NCBI GenBank assembly: GCA_963793265.1 | Contig: CAWBZI010000001.1 | Span: 1,408,001-1,472,000, forward strand | DNA from: an uncultured cyanobacterium | GTDB taxonomy: Bacteria; Cyanobacteriota; Cyanobacteriia; Phormidesmidales; Phormidesmidaceae | Length of the DNA: 64,000 bases | Direction: 5' to 3' | Part shown: one piece after another, positions 19,042 to 28,295 of the stretch | How the letters are laid out: each line of letters starts with the position of its first letter | How positions within the stretch are numbered: position 1 is the first letter of the stretch | Program-made: the position numbers and the translations under genes | Notes under the pieces: generated by a model | Database searches by the model: none | What the model was told of the DNA's origin: nothing | Seen by the model: the letters and a program-made list of their open reading frames with translations, nothing else

Positions 19042-22000
19042 TCAATCTCTATTCGAGAAATCAGAAGCCCTGTTAAGAAACTGCGTATATTCTGGCTGAA
19101 ACAACAGCTTTACGGTGCCCGTTGGCCCATTGCGATGCTTGGTTAAAATAATCTCTGCAATGCCGCGATCAGGCGTATCAGGATCATAATATTCTTCGCG
19201 ATAGAGCATCATAATCAAATCTGCATCCTGCTCGATTGCGCCCGAATTATGCGAAACAATACCATCTGCGACCCATGAGGCTGGCCCCGGAACTGTTAAA
19301 TCGTATACTGGCGCTTCACCGATAGGTTCAATAGATACGATTTCGTCCCAGAAGATATGAGAACCTGCAATCTCTTTAAGCCTCGGTCTTTCTAGAACGT
19401 TGACAGATCTTGGAGAGACTTCTGGCGTTGAAGAGAATTTAGGATGAGATAGTCTACTGTAGGAAGTTCCCGTTAGTACAAGTCTAGAGTCAGGCCAGGG
19501 CTCTGCGGACTCAGAGATCTGAAGAATGTGGTTTGCTACGGCAATCCGGTCGCCAACTTCTAAAGTTTTTATCCGCTGCCATCCATCAAATGTATAAAGG
19601 CGGTGCTTACCAGTTGCTTTCAGCTTTCGTCCGCTGGCAGTCGTAATTTCGTAGATAGACTTTACACCTACCTGCCAAACTAAGTCTGTTTTAGCTTTAA
19701 TTAACTGACCTCGGCCATCTAGGCTAATAACTTCAGGCGCTTGTCCAACTAAGTCGGCAATGGGCAAACGTCTACCATCAGCGAGCCATACCAGCGTGTC
19801 TCCCGTAACGCATTCTCTAAGATCAGACATCATGGGGCGCTTGTTAGTTCGAGACTCTACGCCACGGCTGAGCTGAGATAGCGCAATCACAGGGACGTTG
19901 AGTTCGCGAGCTAGTCCTTTGAGCGATCGCGTCATTTTAGAAAGCTCCTGCACCCGGTTATCGCCACTGCCCTCCATCAGTTGCAAGTAATCAATCAATA
20001 TAAGGCCCAGCGACCCACCCTGCTCTGCCTGCAACCTACGCGCCTTAGATCGAATCTCTGTCACGCCAATGCCCGGCGTATCGTCAATAAAGATAGGTAG
20101 CTGTGAAAGCGTATTAATCGCATGGCCCATCGGCTCCCACTCGTGCTGAGCAATTCTTCCAGTACGCAACCGGCCACTTTCAATCTTCGCCTCTGAAGAA
20201 AGTAGGCGATAGATGAGCTGCGCTTTTGACATCTCTAAGCTGAAAATAGCAACAGGCTGACGATGGGTATCTGCGATGTTGCGAGCTACGTTAAGCACAA
20301 AGCTTGTATTGTGTACACAAATGTCGTTAGCAACAAAGTTGTGAGTATCTGGAATAGTAAGATCGTAGACTTGTTGAATGCCAATAGGCTCGATAGCAAC
20401 AATTCTATCCCAGTAGATTTCGCTGGCGGCAAGATCTTGCAATGGCCGATCTTCTAGCGCGGTTGCTAGCGCTGATAGTCGAGGCCGACTGAGTGCTCTA
20501 GTACCAACGTGAATGTTACTTGAACCTACCAGTTCTGCTCGCCTGGCCAGTGCAGACCAGCTTTCCGCACCCTTCGCAGCTTTTAAGTTCTCCCAGACTT
20601 CAACTGGAACAAGGTCACGATTGGTGTGGTATTTTTTGGCAGTGATCACCTCTGCAACTCGATTAACAGAAGATTCTTTACTAAAAATACCAATCTCATT
20701 TACAAAGATCGAGAGCGCGGCAGCATCAGTAATATCTAACTGCCAGGCGACTCGCCGTGTGCCTTGATACTTCATGTTACGCCGCTTGAGCGCGGCAATA
20801 ATGCCAAATCGAAGCAGTAAATGCTGAATTTGCTGAGCAAGCTTTTTACAGACAGAGGCATAGCCAATTTGAGCCTGTCCGCTCGCGAGCACAGAGGCCC
20901 AGCCATCCGTTGCAAATAGCCGATTCAAAAATAGGGCGAGCTGTGGTTTGGGCAGTGTGAAAACCACATCAGGAATGACTTTATTATGAGCGCTGCACTG
21001 CCACAGACCCAAGCTTTCTAACCATGCCGAAACTGGGTTCTTTTCAGATCCTTCATCAGTATCAGCGGTCACGGCTAAAGACGGGACGCGCGTTCCACGA
21101 CTGGTGTTCACTCTGACTTTCACGCAGGGGAAGTGATGTACCGCCTCGGTGAAGTCGGTTTGCATGAGGACGTTCGTATTCGTAAACCTCGGAGAGCTGC
21201 CTGTCAGCCCGCCGTCACCAATAAAATAGGCCAGAAGTTTGACTTCGTGATCTGGGAGGGGTTGATTGCCGAAGATAGATAGTTTTCTAGGGACGGCAAT
21301 GTGATCGCCCACTCCTAACTCCGCTAAAGGTGACCACCCATTCATCGTCAAATAAGGATGCGTCAACGTCGTCTCAACCTGTCGCCCTAACCGCGTAGTG
21401 ACTCTAAAGACAGGCTTCATACCATCATCCACGAAAGCAGAAGGCTCAGTCACTTCAAAGCGCCAGCGGCTGTTTAAAGTGAGTAAATTAGCCTGGCGCT
21501 TCTTATAAATAGCCTCAATGGTCGTGACTGAACCATCGGCTAGCAAAATTTCAGCATTGGCGCTCAGACACTTGCCCATAGCCGGACGTGCAGCGGCAAT
21601 GATGAGATCGGAGCGTTGAAAGCCCTGGGTCATCGCGTCTAAGTCATAGAAGCCGCAGGCGAGGCCAGGGAGAACCATGCCAAGCGATCGCTGCTCAATA
21701 TCCGAAAACGTATCGGTCAAAATGTCCGAAGTCGCCGTCAGTCCTGCCGTGGGCCGCTCTTGCGTAATCCCAAATAGCTGCTGCTCAGACTTATCGAGCA
21801 CTTCTTCCAAAGGCGTCTCAGTCTCGTAGCCAAGCTGAATAATCTCGCCGCCCGACTGAATCAGCTTACGGCGCGTGTACTTATCCATCACCAGCTTGGC
21901 GTACTGGTCAATATTCGCCGCGCTAATCGTGCGATCCACAAGCTGAGCCAGTCGGCTTTGCCCGCCTACCTTATCCAAGGTGCCTTTGTCCTTAAGCCAG

Positions 22001-22233
22001 GTGGCAATGCCCATCAGGTCGGTAGGCAATCCTCTCGCCTGCAAATCCAGCGCCGCCTGGTAAATGTTGCGATGTGCGCCAATGTAAAAGGCTTCAGGCG
22101 TAATGACTTCAGTAACCCGTCCAATCGCTTCAGGGTCAATGAGAATGCCGCCCAAAATCGCTTCTTCCGCTTCGATATTTTGAGGCGGTAGGCGATCAAT
22201 AGCGGGTTTGAATCGAGGTTCTGAAGCAACCAT
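19042..22233 (-). CDS. dnaB: Replicative DNA helicase DnaB containing two inteins
   Basis: [63 protein letters not shown]; spliced product is 453 aa. Confidence 0.98.
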   Translation of the reverse strand: MVASEPRFKPAIDRLPPQNIEAEEAILGGILIDPEAIGRVTEVITPEAFYIGAHRNIYQAALDLQARGLPTDLMGIATWLKDKGTLDKVGGQSRLAQLVDRTISAANIDQYAKLVMDKYTRRKLIQSGGEIIQLGYETETPLEEVLDKSEQQLFGITQERPTAGLTATSDILTDTFSDIEQRSLGMVLPGLACGFYDLDAMTQGFQRSDLIIAAARPAMGKCLSANAEILLADGSVTTIEAIYKKRQANLLTLNSRWRFEVTEPSAFVDDGMKPVFRVTTRLGRQVETTLTHPYLTMNGWSPLAELGVGDHIAVPRKLSIFGNQPLPDHEVKLLAYFIGDGGLTGSSPRFTNTNVLMQTDFTEAVHHFPCVKVRVNTSRGTRVPSLAVTADTDEGSEKNPVSAWLESLGLWQCSAHNKVIPDVVFTLPKPQLALFLNRLFATDGWASVLASGQAQIGYASVCKKLAQQIQHLLLRFGIIAALKRRNMKYQGTRRVAWQLDITDAAALSIFVNEIGIFSKESSVNRVAEVITAKKYHTNRDLVPVEVWENLKAAKGAESWSALARRAELVGSSNIHVGTRALSRPRLSALATALEDRPLQDLAASEIYWDRIVAIEPIGIQQVYDLTIPDTHNFVANDICVHNTSFVLNVARNIADTHRQPVAIFSLEMSKAQLIYRLLSSEAKIESGRLRTGRIAQHEWEPMGHAINTLSQLPIFIDDTPGIGVTEIRSKARRLQAEQGGSLGLILIDYLQLMEGSGDNRVQELSKMTRSLKGLARELNVPVIALSQLSRGVESRTNKRPMMSDLRECVTGDTLVWLADGRRLPIADLVGQAPEVISLDGRGQLIKAKTDLVWQVGVKSIYEITTASGRKLKATGKHRLYTFDGWQRIKTLEVGDRIAVANHILQISESAEPWPDSRLVLTGTSYSRLSHPKFSSTPEVSPRSVNVLERPRLKEIAGSHIFWDEIVSIEPIGEAPVYDLTVPGPASWVADGIVSHNSGAIEQDADLIMMLYREEYYDPDTPDRGIAEIILTKHRNGPTGTVKLLFQPEYTQFLNRASDFSNRD
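19246..19812 (-). mobile_element. Intein 2 (189 aa mini-intein) at DLRE|SG
   Basis: Starts C (CVTGDT), block B TGKHRL, VYDLTV, ends IVSHN followed by S; no endonuclease motifs. Confidence 0.93.
20308..21570 (-). mobile_element. Intein 1 (421 aa) with LAGLIDADG homing endonuclease, in the Walker A motif
   Basis: Starts C (CLSANAE), block B TLTHPY, ends ICVHN followed by [11 protein letters not shown] and [11 protein letters not shown] motifs. Confidence 0.95.
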
Positions 22234-22270
22234 GAGAAGCCAATCTTGAGGGCGAGCCTTTAAACGGTAA

Positions 22271-22302
22271 AAGGGTAAGGAGCAATTCTACTCCCTACCC
22301 TT
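22271..22302 (-). terminator. Hairpin/terminator between rplI and dnaB
   Basis: AAGGGTAAGGAG...CTCCCTACCCTT inverted repeat, followed by T residues on the minus strand. Confidence 0.55.
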
Positions 22303-22372
22303 ACTTTAGACTAATAAACAGTACAAGTGTTCGCAGTCTTTTATAACCAGAGCCGTGGTTTAGTCAGCCAGT

Positions 22373-22834
22373 CTAGTCAGCCACGACGCGGAGATTAATC
22401 GTCGCAGTCACTTCGCTATGTAGCTTAACGTCTACCTTGTACTCACCGAGCTTATTGATATCGGGCACGTCAATCTCACGACGATCGACTTCTTTACCCG
22501 CATTCGCCTGAATCAAATCAGCCACTTCAGCCGCAGTCACCGTACCAAAAATAGCTTCGTCTTCACCCACAGCCTTAGCAATGGTAAATAGGCCAATGGT
22601 ATTGAGCGCAGTCTTAGTCGCTTCAGCCTCTTGCTTAATCGCTTCTAGGCGCTGACGCTCTTTCTCGCGGCGAAATTCCACCTGCTTAAGCACACCAGGG
22701 GTCACCCGATACGCCATACTGCGAGGAACTAAAAAGTTGCGGGCATAGCCAGGGGCTACTTCTACTAAATCACCGTCGCTCCCAAGTTTTGGGATGTCCT
22801 GTGAGAGGACTACCTGAGTTTTTTTTCTCGCCAT
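22373..22834 (-). CDS. rplI: 50S ribosomal protein L9
   Basis: GDLVEVAPGYARNFLVP, IFGTVT, INKLGEY; adjacent to dnaB. Confidence 0.98.
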   Translation of the reverse strand: MARKKTQVVLSQDIPKLGSDGDLVEVAPGYARNFLVPRSMAYRVTPGVLKQVEFRREKERQRLEAIKQEAEATKTALNTIGLFTIAKAVGEDEAIFGTVTAAEVADLIQANAGKEVDRREIDVPDINKLGEYKVDVKLHSEVTATINLRVVAD

Positions 22835-22941
22835 TTCTTTTACTAATTGTTTCCATCGCAGCGCAGTTTATTAGTCTACTCAAGTTGTGCTAAAGGCGCA
22901 ACCGCTACGGCCTAAAAACACTGCGTAAGCCCTAACATCGT

Positions 22942-23715
22942 TTAGAAATTATCTTTCATTTCGCGGATGCGAGCGAAAACGGTCACCGGATCTTCACTTT
23001 TTGCCACTGTCTGAAGCGCCGGGCTATCCCAACGGAGAAAGGGATTCGTGCTTTTTTCAGTAGCTAGCATCGCAGGTACGGTCGGTTGGTTTTGCTTACG
23101 GGCGGCGGTGACTTCGGTGAGGCGCGATCGCAACTCCTCATTCTCCCCATCCACACTCACCGCAAACTTCAAATTACTCAGCGTATACTCATGCCCGCAC
23201 CACAGCCGCGTGTTATCCGGCAGTTGCCGCAGCTTCCCTAAAGAAATCGCCATCTGCTCAGCCGTCCCTTCAAACAAACGACCGCACCCGCCTGCAAATA
23301 GCGTATCGCCACTGAACAGCTCGCCCGGTTCGTCAGGCTCAGCCGGTGGAAAGTAATAGGCAATATGTCCTCGGGTATGGCCAGGCACAAAAAAGACTTC
23401 GGCGCTGCGACCGGCAAATGAGACGCGATCGCCCTGCCCCAGAAAATGCCTTTGCCCTGGAATACGCCCCTGATCTTGCGCGCCACCATACACCTCAGCA
23501 TCAGGAAATCGGTCAAGCAGCTCACGATTACCGCCCACATGATCGTTGTGATGATGCGTATTAAAAATAGTGACAAGGGTAGCGCCTAGCTCATTGAGCT
23601 TTTGCAAAACAGGCGGCGCATCGGCAGGATCAATGACCGCAGCCGTATTGTCTGTAGGATTGTGCAGGACAAAAATGTAGTTATCCGAGCGGGCAGGCAG
23701 GCGATAGATTTCCAT
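22942..23715 (-). CDS. gloB: Hydroxyacylglutathione hydrolase (glyoxalase II)
   Basis: THHHNDHVGG, PGHTRGH, FSGDTLFAGGCG, CGHEYT, EKSTNPFLR; ATG at 23715 likely. Confidence 0.96.
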   Translation of the reverse strand: MEIYRLPARSDNYIFVLHNPTDNTAAVIDPADAPPVLQKLNELGATLVTIFNTHHHNDHVGGNRELLDRFPDAEVYGGAQDQGRIPGQRHFLGQGDRVSFAGRSAEVFFVPGHTRGHIAYYFPPAEPDEPGELFSGDTLFAGGCGRLFEGTAEQMAISLGKLRQLPDNTRLWCGHEYTLSNLKFAVSVDGENEELRSRLTEVTAARKQNQPTVPAMLATEKSTNPFLRWDSPALQTVAKSEDPVTVFARIREMKDNF

Positions 23716-23866
23716 AGCGTTAAAGTCTGAGCTTGTTTTCAAGAGAACGGGTGCTCAAGATAGATTAACGAAAATACAAAGGCTTAAACACGAGGAAAGA
23801 GAAGTTGCGACCACCAAAAGAGTTGAGGACTTCCAAGTCTTATTTTTTGAAAGTCATTTCTTTTAG

Positions 23867-24577
23867 CTACAGATCTTCTGGAGAAATACCTAGCTCTTTA
23901 AGTTTAGCGGCTAGCCTATCTGCTCTCTCTTCCGCCTGTTGGGCTTCTTGTTGAGCCTGCTGAACTCTCTCCTCTGGCGTAAGCAACCTCATGCCCGATG
24001 CGTCGTACCAATATAGCCACTCTCGCTCTCGTCCCAGATAGGTTCCGCGCGATCGCCCTAGCCCCAACCCAATCTCAGGCAGCCAAACTGGATTACCTTC
24101 CAACAGTTTGTACTCCCCATCAACAAGCCGATACACTTCCAACGGCTCTCTCTTTCGCCTAGATTGCGGGTTAGGCAGGTAGATTGCGTAGTAACGAACC
24201 CCTAAAGCCGCATACCTTTCCTTCTTTTTCTCGTATTCGCCGCCATATGTTTTAGAGACAACCTCTAATGCAAGCATAGGCGGAATACCCTCTTCCTCCC
24301 ACAGCACATAGCTCAAGCGGCCCTCTTCTCCGACAAATCGTTCGACTCCAATACTCAAAAAGCCATCTGGGACGATTGCGGGCTTCTTTGGGTCAAAATA
24401 TACACCCATATCTACGCCAAAAAACCAGTCCATCCTATCGGGCCAGGCCATCGCTAAAACAGCATCCAACAGGTTAGGAATCAAATTTTGCAGCTCATTA
24501 TCCACTGGCGTCTCATCAGAATCAGGTAGCTCAGCAGAAGAGGGCAAGCACTGTCTTGGGTCGTACTGTAGCACCAT
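23867..24577 (-). CDS. Uma2-family (DUF820) PD-(D/E)XK endonuclease-like protein
   Basis: LPDSDETPVDNELQ, VPDGFL, LALEVVS, YAALGVRYY; coiled-coil tail. Confidence 0.92.
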   Translation of the reverse strand: MVLQYDPRQCLPSSAELPDSDETPVDNELQNLIPNLLDAVLAMAWPDRMDWFFGVDMGVYFDPKKPAIVPDGFLSIGVERFVGEEGRLSYVLWEEEGIPPMLALEVVSKTYGGEYEKKKERYAALGVRYYAIYLPNPQSRRKREPLEVYRLVDGEYKLLEGNPVWLPEIGLGLGRSRGTYLGREREWLYWYDASGMRLLTPEERVQQAQQEAQQAEERADRLAAKLKELGISPEDL

Positions 24578-24650
24578 AGTTTTACGCGTGGTTTCAACGG
24601 CTCAAAATTCTACTACTGTTATCTTAGCTGCCTCGTCGATTTCCCTTACT

Positions 24651-25433
24651 ATGAACCCGCTTTCAATCTTGACTCAGACCAAACTACAGCGCGTTTCAGA
24701 CGGTCACGCAGCATCTTTGTTCGAGTCCTGTGATTCTACAAAACGCACCCTCGTCCTTGTTTGGCCTCAGCTTGGCGACTTCGACACCTTAGAATATGCC
24801 TGGTGGGTGGAACGCGATCGCTCAAAACTCCAGTCTTACAACATCCAAGTCAGAGCCGTTGCCATAGGCGATCGCGCTGCCGGTCAAAAGTTCTGCACCT
24901 ACACCGGCTTCCCCCCAGAACACCTATACATAGATCCTGCCGCCTCACTCCACCAAAAGCTAGACCTATACAAAGGACTCACTGCTTCACTCCCCGGCCT
25001 CAGCCCACAACAAAACGGCTACTTGAACCTTTTGCTCATGTGCGCAGGCATCGGCAGTCCTGGCACCCTCAAAGAAGTCTTTCGCGGCTACAAAGGTGAT
25101 AAAAGTGCGCCTCAGCTCATTGCGGATGATGAAGTGGTGAAAGCTGCGCCTTTGCCTGCGCTGAAAGGTGAGGTGTTCAAGCGAGCAGGGGGTAAGGGGT
25201 TTCAAAGACCGTTTGAGCTGGCGACATTGCGATTGCGGAATATGGCAGAGGTGTTGGGTAATTGGAAAACTTATGTGCCGGATGCGGCGTATTTGACGCA
25301 GCGGGGGGCGACTTTTTTGTTTGAGGCTGGGGAGAGGGAGGTGTTGTATGAGTGGCGCGATCGCAACATCTTAGGCTTTGCAGAGAACATGAGCGACCCA
25401 CTATCCTTTTTAGACGGACTGTTTGATTCGTAG
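24651..25433 (+). CDS. Peroxiredoxin-like (AhpC/TSA antioxidant enzyme-like) protein
   Basis: WPQLGDFDTLEYAWW, MCAGIGSPGTL, RPFELATLRL, TQRGATFLF; ATG at 24651 likely. Confidence 0.8.
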   Translation: MNPLSILTQTKLQRVSDGHAASLFESCDSTKRTLVLVWPQLGDFDTLEYAWWVERDRSKLQSYNIQVRAVAIGDRAAGQKFCTYTGFPPEHLYIDPAASLHQKLDLYKGLTASLPGLSPQQNGYLNLLLMCAGIGSPGTLKEVFRGYKGDKSAPQLIADDEVVKAAPLPALKGEVFKRAGGKGFQRPFELATLRLRNMAEVLGNWKTYVPDAAYLTQRGATFLFEAGEREVLYEWRDRNILGFAENMSDPLSFLDGLFDS

Positions 25434-25482
25434 GCGCTCAGTTTGTGAGGGCGTTGTTGCGTGATTTGGCAATAGAGATAAG

Positions 25483-25821
25483 CTACGCTTCTATGAGCCT
25501 ACAGAGTGTTTCAGCGATCACAGCCTGCGTTGACACGCTTAAGCTACCAAGCTCACGACGAACCATAGATTGACGTAGCGTAATTAGGTGATCAAGTCGA
25601 ATAATCGAAGGTTTGATCAGACCACTAATTGAGAAATCAGCACTACTGCTGTCTATTCTTATATCCGTCTTTGGCGAAAGCTTCCTAGTCTGACTGGTGA
25701 TTAGTGCAAAGATGACGTGCTGATAGACTCCAATCGAATTAGTAAGGCAGTAAGCAGGCCGAACTTTGCTAGACGAAAGGTCGTCAAAAGGGAATTGAAT
25801 TAAGACGACTTTACCCTTCAT
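25483..25821 (-). CDS. PemK/MazF-family toxin
   Basis: GKVVLIQFPFDDLSSSKVRPA, ITSQ, SGLIKPSIIR. Confidence 0.88.
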   Translation of the reverse strand: MKGKVVLIQFPFDDLSSSKVRPAYCLTNSIGVYQHVIFALITSQTRKLSPKTDIRIDSSSADFSISGLIKPSIIRLDHLITLRQSMVRRELGSLSVSTQAVIAETLCRLIEA

Positions 25822-26056
25822 AGTTAACAGGGTGGCCATCGTTCAGCGTATAGATATCCTCTTCGGCATCTTGCAAAAATGCAAACGATGGATTTTTTGC
25901 AGCGGCTTCACACCATTCGCTCTCGCTGATATCGCCATCAGATTCAGCAAGTAAAACAATAACGCGCACTCTCTGATCTATAGCATCGCTTAGCGGCTGA
26001 TCTAACTGAAGATAGCCCTGACTATTCACTTTCCCAGTCACTTCTATAGCCCGCAT
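25811..26056 (-). CDS. Putative antitoxin of the PemK/MazF toxin
   Basis: Small acidic ORF (AAAKNPSFAFLQDAEEDIY) overlapping the toxin start. Confidence 0.75.
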   Translation of the reverse strand: MRAIEVTGKVNSQGYLQLDQPLSDAIDQRVRVIVLLAESDGDISESEWCEAAAKNPSFAFLQDAEEDIYTLNDGHPVNYEG

Positions 26057-26233
26057 ACTTCTACCTTCAAAAACATGAACTCGTTTATCTTATAGTCTAG
26101 CTCAGCAACATAGCGCTTACTATCTATGGATAAAAACACATAGCCATCGGGGTAAATATGAGTATATATGCGATTAACCGCTCTCATTCTTGAAGTCTAT
26201 ATTTGACTGAGTGATTTGAGGTTTAGCTAGAAT

Positions 26234-26743
26234 ATGGAATCATTAGAACTATCACCTGCTCAATCAAAGCTAAAGTTAACGCTTTGGAACGCTGAAGTAG
26301 AAAGCTTTGACAGCCGTGATTTCTATATTTGGTTACAGGATATGGGATTGCCGGAGTCAGTCGTAACGAGGTTACACGACCTAGCACATAAAACTGTTCA
26401 TATGGGGAAGAAAGTTGTTTCTATTGGGAAAGTTCTTCTACTTAAAATCATCAACTTCGTGAAAGAAAACCCCTGCTTAGTTGCTGGAGCAGGTATAGGC
26501 ACAGTATTCGGAGCTGCTATTTATACCCTTATAAATTCTTTGCCTATGGGCCTCGGTCAAATTTTAGAGCCAATTGCTAGGATTCTAGGATTAGGCGCTG
26601 CTTCACTAGGCGCTAGCTTAGGGCATTCTCTTGATAGAGAACTTAAAAGTATGAGTCAGAGTTTGCAAGAAGCTGCAAGCAGCTTTTTTAGTCTATTAGC
26701 GAACGTGCTACGCTCACTCGCCAATCAATTTGTTCCTGCCTGA
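26234..26743 (+). CDS. Hypothetical glycine-rich membrane-associated protein
   Basis: 169 aa, AT-rich; GAGIGTVFGAA and GLGAASLGASLG glycine-zipper segments. Confidence 0.75.
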   Translation: MESLELSPAQSKLKLTLWNAEVESFDSRDFYIWLQDMGLPESVVTRLHDLAHKTVHMGKKVVSIGKVLLLKIINFVKENPCLVAGAGIGTVFGAAIYTLINSLPMGLGQILEPIARILGLGAASLGASLGHSLDRELKSMSQSLQEAASSFFSLLANVLRSLANQFVPA

Positions 26744-26774
26744 ACCGATAAACCTGAATTATTACAATTGAATC

Positions 26775-27347
26775 ATGTCAAAGAAAGAACGTAGTAAAGA
26801 AGAACTTTTAAAGGCGCTTGAAAGGCTAAGAGAAGGCGGTGATAACATTTCCTTCATGGCTGATATTGGAGCTGTTGGAATCGGCGCAGTAGGCGCTGGT
26901 GCAGCAGCTTTTGCGTTTGGCGGAACTACGGCTACCGCACTGTTCGGTTTAGTTGCTATCCCTGTAGCCGCTCCTCTAGCTGTTGTTGCCGGAGCTGCTG
27001 TGTTGGGCGGCGGCGCTTTGTTCGGAGTCAAAAGAGCTTTTGAAGGCACTTATACCGATGGGAAGAAAGCAGAACTTGTTAGACAATTAGAAGACGAATT
27101 ACGTGAGATAAAAACGAAAGAACGAAAAGATAAAATTAGCCAGGAAGATAAGCGAAAGTTTCATCTCTTTCTAGAAGAACCTATTAAGTTCGACCTGATT
27201 ACGCCTGAAGATGCGCAGCAGCTCATGAAGCTGGTTGAAACAGGAGGTCTTGAGATTAGCGATGCATACCAAACTGTCATCGATATTCTTGCCGAGAATA
27301 AGGACGACAAAGGCGACAAACCTGGTTCGTTAGCACTAGCAAGCTAA
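26775..27347 (+). CDS. Hypothetical glycine-zipper + coiled-coil protein
   Basis: 190 aa; about 55-aa G/A-rich hydrophobic hairpin followed by a charged coiled coil. Confidence 0.75.
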   Translation: MSKKERSKEELLKALERLREGGDNISFMADIGAVGIGAVGAGAAAFAFGGTTATALFGLVAIPVAAPLAVVAGAAVLGGGALFGVKRAFEGTYTDGKKAELVRQLEDELREIKTKERKDKISQEDKRKFHLFLEEPIKFDLITPEDAQQLMKLVETGGLEISDAYQTVIDILAENKDDKGDKPGSLALAS

Positions 27348-27569
27348 GAAGTCAATTCCAAATTTACCGCCGCTTCTCAATCTTCTTTGAGCACCAAAGG
27401 TTTGACGTATTTCATTCTCTTCACGTTTCAGCGATAGCCCATTCTTAATCATATGCTTCGCTAAGCCTTCCGGCTCAAGCTTCAAAACTGAGAAGTATGT
27501 TTCATTCACTATTAAGTCCGAGCATTGAATCATCGATGTTCGGACTTTGTGGTTCTTAGCCATCATATT

Positions 27570-27725
27570 TTACATAGCCTCTTCCGTTCTCAAGCTAGAA
27601 GACAGTTCTAACCAGCAAGACCATTTCGACATTGGCAACGTATTTCTTACCTTGTTCTTCAAATAAGAAGTCACAATCTCAGCCGACTGCAACATATCAA
27701 GCAGAGATTGAAGATCCCGATTCAT
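27570..27725 (-). pseudogene. Truncated HEPN/DUF86 toxin partner
   Basis: MNRDLQSLLDMLQSAEIVTSYL is a typical DUF86 start overlapping the MNT 3' end; it diverges after about 22 codons, stops at 51 aa and has no R-x4-H motif. Confidence 0.7.
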
Positions 27726-28032
27726 AAATTACCTGAGCAGAAGACAGAATTTCGTGACGGCGAAGATAGTTGGCGCTGCTTTCAATACTAGGCCGAGTGA
27801 CGACATCTACGTCCCTTCCAAAAATTGTCTTCAGATCCGCTTCCATCAAGTCGAGGTCATAGAAGCTAGGAACAGCCTCAGAGCGATATTGAATCATCAC
27901 GTCGATATCGCTGCTGTCAGGCCGAAAGTCATCACGTAAAACAGAGCCAAACAGCGCAAACTCTATCAAATTCCATTTTTGACAGAACTGCGCTATCTCA
28001 GCTATCGGCAGCTTAATGTTTTTGAGCTGCAT
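27697..28032 (-). CDS. Minimal nucleotidyltransferase (MNT) antitoxin
   Basis: ALFGSVLRDDFRPDSSDIDVM, FGRDVDVV; ATG at 28032 likely. Confidence 0.9.
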   Translation of the reverse strand: MQLKNIKLPIAEIAQFCQKWNLIEFALFGSVLRDDFRPDSSDIDVMIQYRSEAVPSFYDLDLMEADLKTIFGRDVDVVTRPSIESSANYLRRHEILSSAQVIYESGSSISA

Positions 28033-28295
28033 GAGTTTGCTCCAATTAGCTGCCTCTATTTTGTCAGATTGCGGATGCAGCGATCGCATTCATCGCGATC
28101 GCCCACACCTACGAATCACAAATGGCGTACAATCCACACCCATCCCAAGGCAAACGAATGCCACGAGCCACACAAAATAATTTACAATGTTTAACAGTTG
28201 GTACCATTGCCAGATGCAATAACTTGATCATTTTGTAAGCACTGCTCGCTAAAGTGGTGTGCCGACGGTTTCCAAAACTCATCTAAAGAATCACC

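Noticed and set aside
27336..27566. 76-aa minus-strand ORF after the truncated HEPN gene
   Set aside because: No recognisable motif or RBS; may be debris of a degraded gene and cannot be supported
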